Origin: Planctomycetota bacterium
GTDB taxonomy: Bacteria > Planctomycetota > UBA11346
Length of the DNA: 20,277 nucleotides
Assembly: GCA_027859175.1 (NCBI GenBank)
Contig: JAQIBG010000068.1
Location: 1 to 20,277 of the forward strand
Reading direction: 5' to 3'
A model generated the notes under the pieces. The model had not been told where the DNA came from, made no database searches, and saw only the letters and a list, made by a program, of their open reading frames with translations. Below are positions 8,114-16,906 of this stretch, piece after piece. A program made the position numbers and the translations under genes. The stretch's first letter is position 1, and every line of letters begins with the position of its first letter.

Positions 8114-8953
8114 ATGTTCCGCGCCATCGCTCGCTGGTTCCGTTCCCTCGGTCACTTCATGTCTGGCCGGGTTGATTCCTCGCGTCGTGGGCTCGATACT
8201 GACCCACATGCGATTCGCTCCAAGTACGACGAGGTGCTGCGCGAGAAAACCGCCAGCATCCAGCAGTATAAGCAGGCCGTGGCCGGCTTGATCGCACAGC
8301 AAGAGCAGAAGATGGCCAAAGCCAAGGCCTTGATGGAAGAGGCCCAGCGCCTTGAGTCGCTCAAGGCCGGCGCCCTGGCCAAGGCCCAGAGCACGGTGGC
8401 AGCGCTCCAGGCCAGCGGTGCAGCCAAGGAGGCCATCCACAGCAATGACGACTACCAGCAGTGCCTGTCGGCCTTCAATGACTTCAAGGGCACGCTGAGC
8501 GAGAAGGAAGCCCGGATCGGTGAGCTTGAAGCCGATGTGTCGGAATACGGCAAGCGCATCACCGACCACCATCGCCAGCTCAAGGAGTTGGTGGCCGACA
8601 TTGAGAAGATCAAGGCTGAGCGGGCCGACGCGGTGGCGGAGGTGATCTCGGCCAAGCAAGAGAAGGAACTCAACGACGCGCTGTCTGGCCTGAACACCGA
8701 GAACAGTGCCGACGACAAGCTCGCCGAGTTGCGCAACCTGCGCCAGGAGCTCAAGGCCGAGGCCAAGGTCTCCAAGGAGCTGTCGGGTTCTGACGCCAAG
8801 TCACGCGAGGCAGAATTCCTCGAATTTGCTAAGAAAACTCAGGGTCAAGACGAGTTCGATCAGTTGATCGGCCTCGCTGGTCAGGCCGACGCCCCGGCCG
8901 CCGACAGCCCTGCTGCCGATCGGCCCGCGGCCGAGGGTAAGTTGCCGGAGTGA
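8114..8953 (+). CDS. PspA/IM30 (Vipp1/LiaH) family protein, 279 aa - bacterial ESCRT-III superfamily coiled-coil membrane-remodelling protein
   Basis: N-terminal amphipathic start MFRAIARWFRSLG (cf. PspA MGIFSRFADIV). DP motif (GLDTDPHAIRSKYDEVL, cf. PspA AEDPQKL). Coiled-coil body. Segment ISAKQEKELNDALSGLNTENSADDKLAELRN aligns well with Vipp1 ARAKAAKANAELQQTLGGLGTSSATSAFERMENK. Start at 8114 is preferred over the ORF-track ATG at 8063 because the protein then begins with the family-typical helix. Confidence 0.75.
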   Translation: MFRAIARWFRSLGHFMSGRVDSSRRGLDTDPHAIRSKYDEVLREKTASIQQYKQAVAGLIAQQEQKMAKAKALMEEAQRLESLKAGALAKAQSTVAALQASGAAKEAIHSNDDYQQCLSAFNDFKGTLSEKEARIGELEADVSEYGKRITDHHRQLKELVADIEKIKAERADAVAEVISAKQEKELNDALSGLNTENSADDKLAELRNLRQELKAEAKVSKELSGSDAKSREAEFLEFAKKTQGQDEFDQLIGLAGQADAPAADSPAADRPAAEGKLPE

Positions 8954-9125
8954 GGGTTCCTAGTTCCTGGTTCCTGGTTCCTGGTGCGCGCTTCGCGCGT
9001 TGGGTGCCGGCAGTAAGCAGCGAGCGGCGGCGTTTGCTCCGATTTGCTCTGATCCGTCGGGCGCGTCTGGTCTCCGACGCGCCGCAGGCGCGTACCAGGA
9101 ACCAGGAACCAGGAACCAGGAACCC
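8954..9125. repeat. MITE-like element, family A, copy 1 (172 bp): ~46-bp imperfect terminal inverted repeats built from (GGTTCCT)4 heptads plus GGTGCGCGCTTCGCGCG, flanking a ~80-bp core
   Basis: Left end gggttcctagttcctggttcctggttcctggtgcgcgcttcgcgcg; right end cgcgccgcaggcgcgtaccaggaaccaggaaccaggaaccaggaaccc. Begins immediately after the pspA-like TGA (8951-8953) and ends 21 nt before the AAA gene ATG. A second copy is at 20097-20237. Confidence 0.7.
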
Positions 9126-9146
9126 TCCCCGCCTCCGGACCGCGGC

Positions 9147-10928
9147 ATGACCGTCCCACCCTTCCTCAGCGACATTGGCCGTCTGTTCAACAGCGGTGAG
9201 GCGCGGGTGGCGGTGCTGACAGGCAATATCCACGATCTGTTTCCGGCGCCCGGTGGTGCTTGGCAGCCCTTGCCCGAGGTGTTGGCCGGGCATTGGCAGG
9301 TGCCGGGCCGCATCGTGCTGACCTATGAGATCAATGGGCCGATCCGGTTTCACCGCCCGCAAGACCGCCAACTGGTCAAAGACGCCTGGCTGCGCTGGCG
9401 CCATGGTCGCGATTCTGGCGACCTAACCCTGGCCAGCCTAGCAGCTAGCGGCGCGGCTCGCGACGAGTTGCTGGCCCATTCGCGCAGTTTCGATGAGCAG
9501 ATCCTGGCTGCGGTGGGCCGCCCCACGGTGGCGCTCGAATTGCTGCGCCAGTGCTGCCTGTGCTCGCGCGCGCGCGACAGCAAGGGTGCGGCCTTCCTTG
9601 AGCCCGACCTGGCGCTGATCATTGAGGGTGCCGACCTGATCCTGCCCGAGGCCCCGGTAACCGGCTTGGCCGATGCCGATCGCCAACGGCTCCACATTGC
9701 GCTCGATTGGTTTGCAGACCCAGGCTTTGCGGCCGGCGCCGATGTGGTGGCCTTGTTGACCGAGGCCGCAGCTGGCCTGAATGCGCGCCTGCTGCGTTTG
9801 CCCGAGGTGGTGAAGATATCGGTAGATGAGCCCGATCGCGATGTGCGGCGAGCCTTCTTGGCGGCGCAGAGCGGCGAGCGTTGGTGCCCCACTGACAGCG
9901 AGTTGGACACCTTGGCCGACGGCACCGCTGGCCTGGGTCTGCAGGCCTTGCGTCAGTTGGCGATGGCCGCTGAGCATGCCGGGCAGGCGCCCGACGAAGC
10001 CGCCGTGGTGGCGCGGGTTGAGCGCCACATTCAGGCCCAATTGGGTGAGGATGTGGTGTCGTTTAAGCGGCCGGGGCATGGTTTGCGCCAGGTGGTAGGT
10101 GCGCGCGCCCTGACCGGGTTTTTGCGTGACGAGCTTGCGCCGCGGATTCGCGCTGGTGGCGCCGGGGCCTTGAGTGGTTGCGCGGTGGCCGGCCCGATCG
10201 GTGCCGGCAAGACCTTCATTTTTGAGGCCCTGGCTGGCGAATTAGGCTTGCCGGTGCTCGAGCTTGGTAGCATTCGTTCGCAGTGGTTTGGGCAGACCGA
10301 TGTCATCATCGAACGCTTGCGCCGCGTGCTCACCAGTCTCGGCCGCGTGGTGATCATTGTCGACGAGGCCGATACCCAGTTTGGCCGCCTGAGCGATCAA
10401 AGCCATGAAACCGAGCGCCGCCTGACCGGCAAGATCCAGGCGATGATGTCTGACCCGGCCCTGCTCGGCAAGGTGTTCTGGTTGCTGATGACGGCGCGAA
10501 TCGAGCGCCTGTCGCCCGACCTGCGCCGGCCCGGCCGCGTGGGTGACCTGATTGTGCCAGTGCTCGACCCCGAGCCTGATGATCGGGCCGACTTCGTGGC
10601 CTGGGCCCTGAAGCCGAGCCTGGGCTCTGAGATCGACCCCGCCGTGCTTGAGCGGATCACAGCGGCTACGTCAGGCTACAGCGCGGCGGCCTATGCGGCC
10701 TTGCGGCGCGAGTTGGCCGCCTTGGGGCGTGTTGATGCCGACCGGGTGCAGGCGCTGGTCGATGACTTGCTGCCGGCCGATATCGGCGCAGCACGGCGCT
10801 ATCAGACGCTCCAGGCCCTGGTCAATTGCACCCGCCGCAGCCTGCTGCCCGATCCTACGGTCAGCGAGGCCACACGCGAGGCGTGGCACAACGAGTTGCG
10901 CAGTCTCGAAGCGCGCGGCCTTGCTTAG
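9147..10928 (+). CDS. Classical-clade AAA ATPase (FtsH/CDC48/Vps4-type AAA module) with a ~380-aa N-terminal domain of unknown function, 593 aa
   Basis: Walker A GPIGAGKT, Walker B VVIIVDEAD, second region of homology MTARIERLSPDLRRPGRVGDLIVPVLDP (cf. TNRPDxLDPALLRPGRFD). True start taken as ATG 9147 (MTVPPFLSDIGRLF...). The ORF-track start at 9000 reads through the MITE (QEPGTRNQEP) and is rejected. Confidence 0.8.
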   Translation: MTVPPFLSDIGRLFNSGEARVAVLTGNIHDLFPAPGGAWQPLPEVLAGHWQVPGRIVLTYEINGPIRFHRPQDRQLVKDAWLRWRHGRDSGDLTLASLAASGAARDELLAHSRSFDEQILAAVGRPTVALELLRQCCLCSRARDSKGAAFLEPDLALIIEGADLILPEAPVTGLADADRQRLHIALDWFADPGFAAGADVVALLTEAAAGLNARLLRLPEVVKISVDEPDRDVRRAFLAAQSGERWCPTDSELDTLADGTAGLGLQALRQLAMAAEHAGQAPDEAAVVARVERHIQAQLGEDVVSFKRPGHGLRQVVGARALTGFLRDELAPRIRAGGAGALSGCAVAGPIGAGKTFIFEALAGELGLPVLELGSIRSQWFGQTDVIIERLRRVLTSLGRVVIIVDEADTQFGRLSDQSHETERRLTGKIQAMMSDPALLGKVFWLLMTARIERLSPDLRRPGRVGDLIVPVLDPEPDDRADFVAWALKPSLGSEIDPAVLERITAATSGYSAAAYAALRRELAALGRVDADRVQALVDDLLPADIGAARRYQTLQALVNCTRRSLLPDPTVSEATREAWHNELRSLEARGLA

Positions 10929-11064
10929 CAAATCTGTCACCCAGATGGTGGCGTGGTCAAACGACTGGTCGAGACCGCCGGTAACCGGTGGATGCGCCAC
11001 GTGATGGCGTGGATGCATGGCGCTGCTTGCCGGCGCCTTGCGTGAACCAACCCTGGGCCCAGTG

Positions 11065-12237
11065 ATGAATCAAAGCAGCGCATCTGAGAGCGGCAGCCAG
11101 CCCTTGCCCGACCTCCCGCCACGTGCACGCATCGTGCAGGTGGTGCGTGATTGGATTGAGAGCGGCGAGCTCCAACCCGGCGCGCGCTTGCCGGCCGAGC
11201 AGACTTTGGCCGCGAGCCTGTCGGTGGCGCGCGGCACGGTGCGTCAGGCCTTGGCTGAGTTGGTTGATCTTGGTCTGCTCGAGAAGCAGTTGCACCGCGG
11301 CCATGTGGTGAGCGCGCAGGTAACGACTGGTTCGAGCTTGATGGCGCGCACCTGCTTGTTGCTGGGCGAACTGGTTGAGCAGCGTGAACCGGTGCCTGGT
11401 TTCGATGAGGCGGTGGTTAGCGGTGCGGCAGCGGCTTTAGCTGGGGCGGTGTTCAATCGTCTGAGCTTGCATCCCAATATGCTCGATGTGGATGAGGGTC
11501 GTCGTATTGCGATGGAGCGTCCAGCGGGGGTTATTGCCTGTCACTATGCCAGCTCAACTGAGCGTGGCCGGGCCTTTGTCGACGTCTTGGCGGCGGCGGG
11601 CGTGCCCTGTGTGGTCAATGGCGGTAATGCTTGGTGTGAAGGCTACGATCGCGCCGTGAGCGATCAGGAGCAGGGCGGCTATCGTCTGACGCGTTTGCTG
11701 ATTGAGCGTGGTCGCCGGCACTTCGTATTGCTGTCGACCGCTGCCGATGAGCCCTACTGGTTGATTGAGCGCGAGCGTGGAATCCGCCGCGCTTTGGACG
11801 AGGCCGGCTTGCCGCCGATCACCGTAGTGCCGATGCAGGTGGCGCCGCGCAGCGACACCGAAGATCTTGCTAATCTCGATCAGCGCACCCGCACCTATGC
11901 CGGTCATCTGGTTGAGCACTGTCAGGGCAAAGACGCCGCCGATGCGGTGATGGTGCTCTCAGACAGTGACTGCGCTCCAGTGACTGCCGGCCTTCGTCTA
12001 TGCGGTCTCGACCCAGCCTCGCAGGTCGACGTGGTTGGCTACGACCATTACTGGAATAACGACGCCATGTGGGAGCGCCGCCACGAATCGGTGCCGCCTC
12101 TGGCCACCGTCGACAAGCGCAACACCGCGGTTGGTCGCGCCCTGGTTGAACTCCTGATGAACCGCGTCGAGGGCGAAGTCAGCGACGACACGCCCCGCGT
12201 CCGCTGGATCGAACCCGAACTCGTCCAACTCCGTTAG
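11065..12237 (+). CDS. Hybrid transcriptional regulator: GntR-type winged-HTH N-terminus fused to a LacI/PBP1-like periplasmic-binding-protein-fold sugar-binding domain (~390 aa)
   Basis: HTH segment RLPAEQTLAASLSVARGTVRQALAELVDLGLLEK is typical of GntR. Remainder has PBP-fold hallmarks (alternating hydrophobic beta-strands / helices, VVGYDHY.., ATVDKRNTAVGRALVELL). Alternative in-frame start ATG 11017. Convergent with the GH36 gene. Confidence 0.6.
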   Translation: MNQSSASESGSQPLPDLPPRARIVQVVRDWIESGELQPGARLPAEQTLAASLSVARGTVRQALAELVDLGLLEKQLHRGHVVSAQVTTGSSLMARTCLLLGELVEQREPVPGFDEAVVSGAAAALAGAVFNRLSLHPNMLDVDEGRRIAMERPAGVIACHYASSTERGRAFVDVLAAAGVPCVVNGGNAWCEGYDRAVSDQEQGGYRLTRLLIERGRRHFVLLSTAADEPYWLIERERGIRRALDEAGLPPITVVPMQVAPRSDTEDLANLDQRTRTYAGHLVEHCQGKDAADAVMVLSDSDCAPVTAGLRLCGLDPASQVDVVGYDHYWNNDAMWERRHESVPPLATVDKRNTAVGRALVELLMNRVEGEVSDDTPRVRWIEPELVQLR

Positions 12238-12253
12238 TCTGATCCGGTCCTCG

Positions 12254-12500
12254 CTAGAATTAGCAGGAAGAATTAGCAGGAGGGAGTTGAGGGAGTCGAG
12301 GTCCGAGTGAGGGTTGGCATTTTAGGTTTTTGCGTTGTGTTGCGTGTTTCTTGAGCGCGGGCCTGACTCCGCTTGCAGGGGTGCATGGCCTGAACGCCTG
12401 GTGCGCCACCCTTCCCAGCCCCTTCTGAACTCATTCGGACCTCAACTCCCTCGACTCCCTCCTGCTAATCTAATTCTTCCTGCTAATCTAATTCTAATCA
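12254..12500. repeat. MITE-like element, family B, copy 1 (~247 bp): ~60-70-bp imperfect terminal inverted repeats (…attagcaggagggagttgagggagtcgaggtccgagtgaggg / cattcggacctcaactccctcgactccctcctgctaatctaatt…) containing internal AGCAGGA(A/G)G sub-repeats, around a ~115-bp core
   Basis: Read directly: left arm 12254-12313, right arm 12429-12497. The right arm overlaps the last codons/stop of the GH36 gene. A homologous copy with a related core lies at 15383-15572 (+16893-16906). Confidence 0.7.
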
Positions 12501-14450
12501 AGAATAGCGGAAGAAGCGGTAGTCGGCGGGTTTGTCGATGGTGATGGTGAGGGTGCCGGCTTGGTTGAGGGGGTGCTCGGTGGTGGTGTCGGTCAGCAGG
12601 TTGGTCAGGCGGATGCTGGTGTTAGCGAGATGCGGCAGGTGGACGGTGACCTGGGGCTCGGTGTTGGTGCGTTCGCGGAAGACGGTCAGGTAGCCGGTGC
12701 CGTCGTTGAGTTGGCAGTGGAATCCGGTGTGGCTGGTATTGTTGGGACTCGCGCCGATGCCGCTGACGTCGCCGCGGTGGATTGCGCTGCGGTGGGCGCG
12801 GTACACGGTCAGGAGCTCGCGCAACTCCTTGCGTTGATCGGGTGCAAGGAATTGTAGTTGTTGGAATAAGATCGGCGTGGCCATGAGCGCGGTGGCGAAG
12901 CAGTAGCCGATTGGGTGCAGATGGGCGTCTGATAGATCAGCCCTGGTTTTGCGTGGGTTTTGAATCGTGATCTGAACGTCTTGCAGGCGCTGGTAGCGGC
13001 TCAGTTGCCACGCGTCGCGCAGCATGGTGTGCGGACGATAGACCGTGCTTTCCGGCATCATTGGTTTGCGATTGGCGAGATACAGTGAGCCGTACTCGCG
13101 CATGCAGAAATACCCAACGCGTGGTGGCAGTTCGGTGACGTCAAAATTAATCCGCACCTGATGGCCGGTGTCGCGCACAAAGCTTCGTACTTTGCGTTGG
13201 AAGGCGTGAAACGCGGCGTGGTCGCGCAGGCACATGAAGTCGAGCTTGTAGTAGGCAAAGCCGCCCTGGTCGCGATTCCATTGCAGATCATCGAGCGGAA
13301 TGGGTGTGCCGGCAGCCCATAGGCCGAGAGTGACGCCGTGTTTCGCAGCGTGGGCGCGGATGGCGCCCCAGCCATCGGGATAGACCTCGGGATGCGGGCG
13401 CCAGCCGTTGTCCTCGGTGGGCATGGGTGTGGTGCTGGCGAGATCAAGCTGCCAGCCATCGTCGATTTGAACAACGTCGACGCCGATTTCCGCGGCCAGA
13501 TCGATCTCGCGTAGCACGTTGTCTTCACGTGCGGCATCGCGCGCATCGCGACTGTGCGCGGTGGAGCCCCAGGTGTTGCACAGCACGTAGCAATCGCGCG
13601 CGGGGTCATGCGGGTAGCGCGCGGCAATGAATGCTCGTACCGCGCGTGCGCGTGCGTGCTCGGTGTCGCTGGCATAACAAATAGTCCAGTGGGCCCAGGC
13701 CGGGTAACTCCCTTCGGTGCCGATTTCCTTGGACCACAGTCCCCAGCCGCTGGAACGCAGGCCGTCACTACCGAGGATGAAGGCGCCGGTGTCGTGGCCG
13801 CTTTGGTTGACGCATTTGTTGGACTCTTTGACCAAGCACAGGCCTTCGCCGGCCAATTCAATCGCACACAGGGAGGCCCAGTCACAAACCCCGTCGGCGG
13901 GGATGGCTTCCTCACGCAGAATCGGAGTCTCGAGTTGGTTGCGTTGTTGGGTTTCGTTATAGTACCCGGCGGCAATGGCGGTGGCGCCAAGCGTGGTGCA
14001 GCCGAGATGCTCGCAGCTGACCGCCTGTTCGCTCGCGAGGGGGCTGAAGCCCGGCAAGGCCTGCACGCTCAAGGCGGTGCGGATGCCGGGGGCGCCCGGT
14101 AGGGCCCAGATCTCGACCTGGAGTTCGAGCCCCGCGGCGGGGTAGGCAATGCCGGCCAGCACTTGCACGTGCTCGCTTACGAAGCCGTCGTCGTTGTTAC
14201 GCTGTATAGCGACGCGGCGCAGTTCGGCGCCATCGTGCGGTGCGCCACCGGGCAGACGCCAGTCGGCGCTGTTGCTCGCCCTGGTGATGAGCTCGCGCCC
14301 GCCATGGCGCTTGAGGGAGCAGGTAGCGAAGCCGTTCGCGGTCCAACGCCACTGGCGGACCAGCTGGCCGGTGTCGACAGTGAGGGTGGTGCCGTCCCAG
14401 CTGGCGCTGGCTTCGGCGTGGTGGCAGATCTCGTTGATGGCGTTGGTCAT
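12498..14450 (-). CDS. Glycoside hydrolase, alpha-galactosidase-like (GH36 / clan GH-D), 650 aa
   Basis: Catalytic-region signatures VVQIDDGWQ and YYKLDFM (cf. GH36/GH27 DDGW.. and K.D nucleophile motif). AAGGA RBS 8 nt upstream of ATG (revcomp of 14451-14470). No obvious signal peptide. Confidence 0.7.
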   Translation of the reverse strand: MTNAINEICHHAEASASWDGTTLTVDTGQLVRQWRWTANGFATCSLKRHGGRELITRASNSADWRLPGGAPHDGAELRRVAIQRNNDDGFVSEHVQVLAGIAYPAAGLELQVEIWALPGAPGIRTALSVQALPGFSPLASEQAVSCEHLGCTTLGATAIAAGYYNETQQRNQLETPILREEAIPADGVCDWASLCAIELAGEGLCLVKESNKCVNQSGHDTGAFILGSDGLRSSGWGLWSKEIGTEGSYPAWAHWTICYASDTEHARARAVRAFIAARYPHDPARDCYVLCNTWGSTAHSRDARDAAREDNVLREIDLAAEIGVDVVQIDDGWQLDLASTTPMPTEDNGWRPHPEVYPDGWGAIRAHAAKHGVTLGLWAAGTPIPLDDLQWNRDQGGFAYYKLDFMCLRDHAAFHAFQRKVRSFVRDTGHQVRINFDVTELPPRVGYFCMREYGSLYLANRKPMMPESTVYRPHTMLRDAWQLSRYQRLQDVQITIQNPRKTRADLSDAHLHPIGYCFATALMATPILFQQLQFLAPDQRKELRELLTVYRAHRSAIHRGDVSGIGASPNNTSHTGFHCQLNDGTGYLTVFRERTNTEPQVTVHLPHLANTSIRLTNLLTDTTTEHPLNQAGTLTITIDKPADYRFFRYS

Positions 14451-14684
14451 GAGGCTGTCCTTGTCGATTTATGTCTCAATTGTTGCCACATTTTTAGCCG
14501 AATACAGGTTTGGTGTGGTATCTATTGCCGTTTTGTGATATCCATTGTCGTGAGCGACTGGGAGCGCACCTTCTCAATCCGTCGGCCGTTGCGAGCGCTG
14601 CCGCGTCCGAGGCGGGCGGCATGCTTCCACGTTAATGGGGCGTACCAATCGGTTGGGCGGCGGCGTCGTGATCGCGACGCTGCG

Positions 14685-15377
14685 GTGCTGCAATACTCCG
14701 TGTCAGGCTGTGGCTTGTTTCGGCGTGGCCGGCGTGAATGGCGGGTTGAGGCTGGTCAGGCCTTCCTGTGCCGCGTTTCCGACCCAGAGGTGGTCTATGG
14801 TCACCCGGGTGACGGTGTGCCGTGGCGCTTCATGTTTATCTCGTTTTTCGGTGCGGCGGCCGCGGTGGACGAATTGGTCGAGCGCGACGGGTCGGTGCGC
14901 ACGCTTGGCGACCAGCACCCCGCCGTCCAATTGCTGGCAAGTTTGCAGCGCGGGCCAGTGGTGACCAGCGTGAGCGCTGCTGAGGGCGCCATGTTGGTGG
15001 CGGGTTTGCTCGGCCACCTCGCGGGCTCTGGCCTTGAAGCAAGCGCTGAACGCCTGTTGCAGGCCGCTCGCGATGCGGTGGCCGCGCATGTCCCAGGCAG
15101 TCTCACGGTGGCCGATCTCGCAGCCAAACTCACGGTCAGTCGCGAGCACCTGACCCGCGTATTCACCGCCGAACTTGGCATCGGACCGGGCGCGTGGATG
15201 AACCAAGAGCAAATCCGCCACGCCTGCCAACTGCTCCGCGCCAGCAATGACGACCTCACCACCATCGCCCACGCCAGCGGCTTTCCTTCAGCAAGCCGCC
15301 TCTGCAAAGTCTTCCGCCGCACTCTCGGCTGCACCCCCGGTGATTACCGCAAATCCCGCTATCTGCCTGTGGTTTGA
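14685..15377 (+). CDS. AraC/XylS-family transcriptional regulator (C-terminal double HTH), divergent from the GH36 gene; start codon uncertain (GTG 14685 chosen; region 14451-14684 of the same frame has non-protein-like composition)
   Basis: C-terminal AraC-type HTH ...SLTVADLAAKLTVSREHLTRVFTAELGIGPGAWMNQEQIRHACQLLRASNDDLTTIAHASGFPSASRLCKVFRRTLGCTPGDYRK. Divergent arrangement with the alpha-galactosidase, analogous to melR-melA. Confidence 0.6.
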   Translation: MLQYSVSGCGLFRRGRREWRVEAGQAFLCRVSDPEVVYGHPGDGVPWRFMFISFFGAAAAVDELVERDGSVRTLGDQHPAVQLLASLQRGPVVTSVSAAEGAMLVAGLLGHLAGSGLEASAERLLQAARDAVAAHVPGSLTVADLAAKLTVSREHLTRVFTAELGIGPGAWMNQEQIRHACQLLRASNDDLTTIAHASGFPSASRLCKVFRRTLGCTPGDYRKSRYLPVV

Positions 15378-15382
15378 TTCCG

Positions 15383-15572
15383 ATTAGCAGGAGGGAGTTG
15401 GGGGAGTTGAGGTCCGAGTGAGGGGGGAAGGGTTTGCGGTTCTGCCCTTGTCTGAGCTGGCCACGCGCGCGGACGCGGCTCCGTTTTCAGCGCTGCATGC
15501 CTTGAGCGGCGGAGCAGCCACCATTTCAATACTCATTCGGACCTCAACTCCCTCAACTCCCTTGTAAGTTCG
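15383..15572. repeat. MITE-like element, family B, copy 2 (left arm + core + truncated right arm); its right TIR is interrupted by the IS110-family element and resumes at 16893-16906 (cctgctaactcttc)
   Basis: Left arm attagcaggagggagttgggggagttgaggtccgagtgagggg. Core is related to copy 1 (gcgcggacgcggctccgttttcagcgctgcatgccttgagcg vs gcgcgggcctgactccgcttgcaggggtgcatggcctgaacg). Right arm actcattcggacctcaactccctcaactccct stops at 15572, exactly where copy 1 continues with cctgctaat. Confidence 0.7.
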
Positions 15573-16707
<1,135 letters not shown>

Positions 16708-16814
16708 GGCACCGCCGCAGGCGGCGCAGCCCTTGAGGCCAAATCAGGGCACGCAAAAATGTGCAACGGGCAGGTGAGGCGTCTTCACAGAAGGAGACAT
16801 TGCCACCTGACCGG

Positions 16815-16837
16815 CAGGGCATTGCGTGCCCTGTTTT
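16815..16837 (+). terminator. Hairpin cagggca-ttgcg-tgccctg followed by TTTT inside the IS right end; possible intrinsic terminator of the transposase/ncRNA transcript
   Basis: 7-bp perfect stem, 5-nt loop, T4 run. Alternative pairing of 16822-16833 with 16745-16756 (12 bp). Confidence 0.3.
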
Positions 16838-16906
16838 GGGGTCAAGGGTGCCGGGAAGACGGAATTTGACCCTTGATCAAAACACAGCCGCTCCTGCTAA
16901 CTCTTC

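Noticed and set aside
8069-8659. 196-aa minus-strand ORF (and 8152..8445, 8452..8799) opposite the pspA-like gene
   Set aside because: Antisense shadow ORFs. The + strand product has PspA/Vipp1 family hallmarks.
8954-9125. Possibility that the GGTTCCT tandem repeats are a CRISPR array or a coding heptad repeat
   Set aside because: The repeats are 7 bp, contiguous, without spacers. They form the two arms of one inverted-repeat element, and no cas genes are present.
9000-9146. ORF-track N-terminal extension of the AAA gene (MGAGSKQRAAAFAP...QEPGTRNQEP)
   Set aside because: It reads through the MITE right TIR, and the heptad repeat gives the QEPGTRN artefact. The ATG at 9147 gives a sensible N-terminus. 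Likewise 8829..9404, 8881..9159 and 8950..9150 are translations of the MITE.
9438-10079. 213-aa minus ORF and 9350..9925 minus ORF inside the AAA gene
   Set aside because: Antisense shadows with Arg/Ala/Gly-rich junk composition.
10929-11064. Small palindromes (CCGGTAACCGG; CCACG-TGATGG-CGTGG) between the AAA gene and the regulator
   Set aside because: Short, GC-rich dyads of a size expected by chance in high-GC DNA. No T-tract. Not confidently a terminator or operator.
13058-13990. 310-aa minus ORF and 13554..14102 + ORF inside the GH36 gene
   Set aside because: Pro/Ala/Thr/Arg-rich alternative-frame or antisense ORFs. The 650-aa frame carries the DDGW/KLDF glycosidase motifs.
14163-14684. 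Upstream part of the 404-aa ORF-track ORF for the AraC regulator
   Set aside because: It would overlap the GH36 coding region antisense, and continues through the intergenic region with Cys/Trp/Arg-rich non-protein-like sequence. The real AraC gene most likely starts near 14685 (uncertain).
14703-15334. Minus-strand ORFs 14703..15272 and 14801..15334
   Set aside because: Antisense to the AraC regulator. No motifs.
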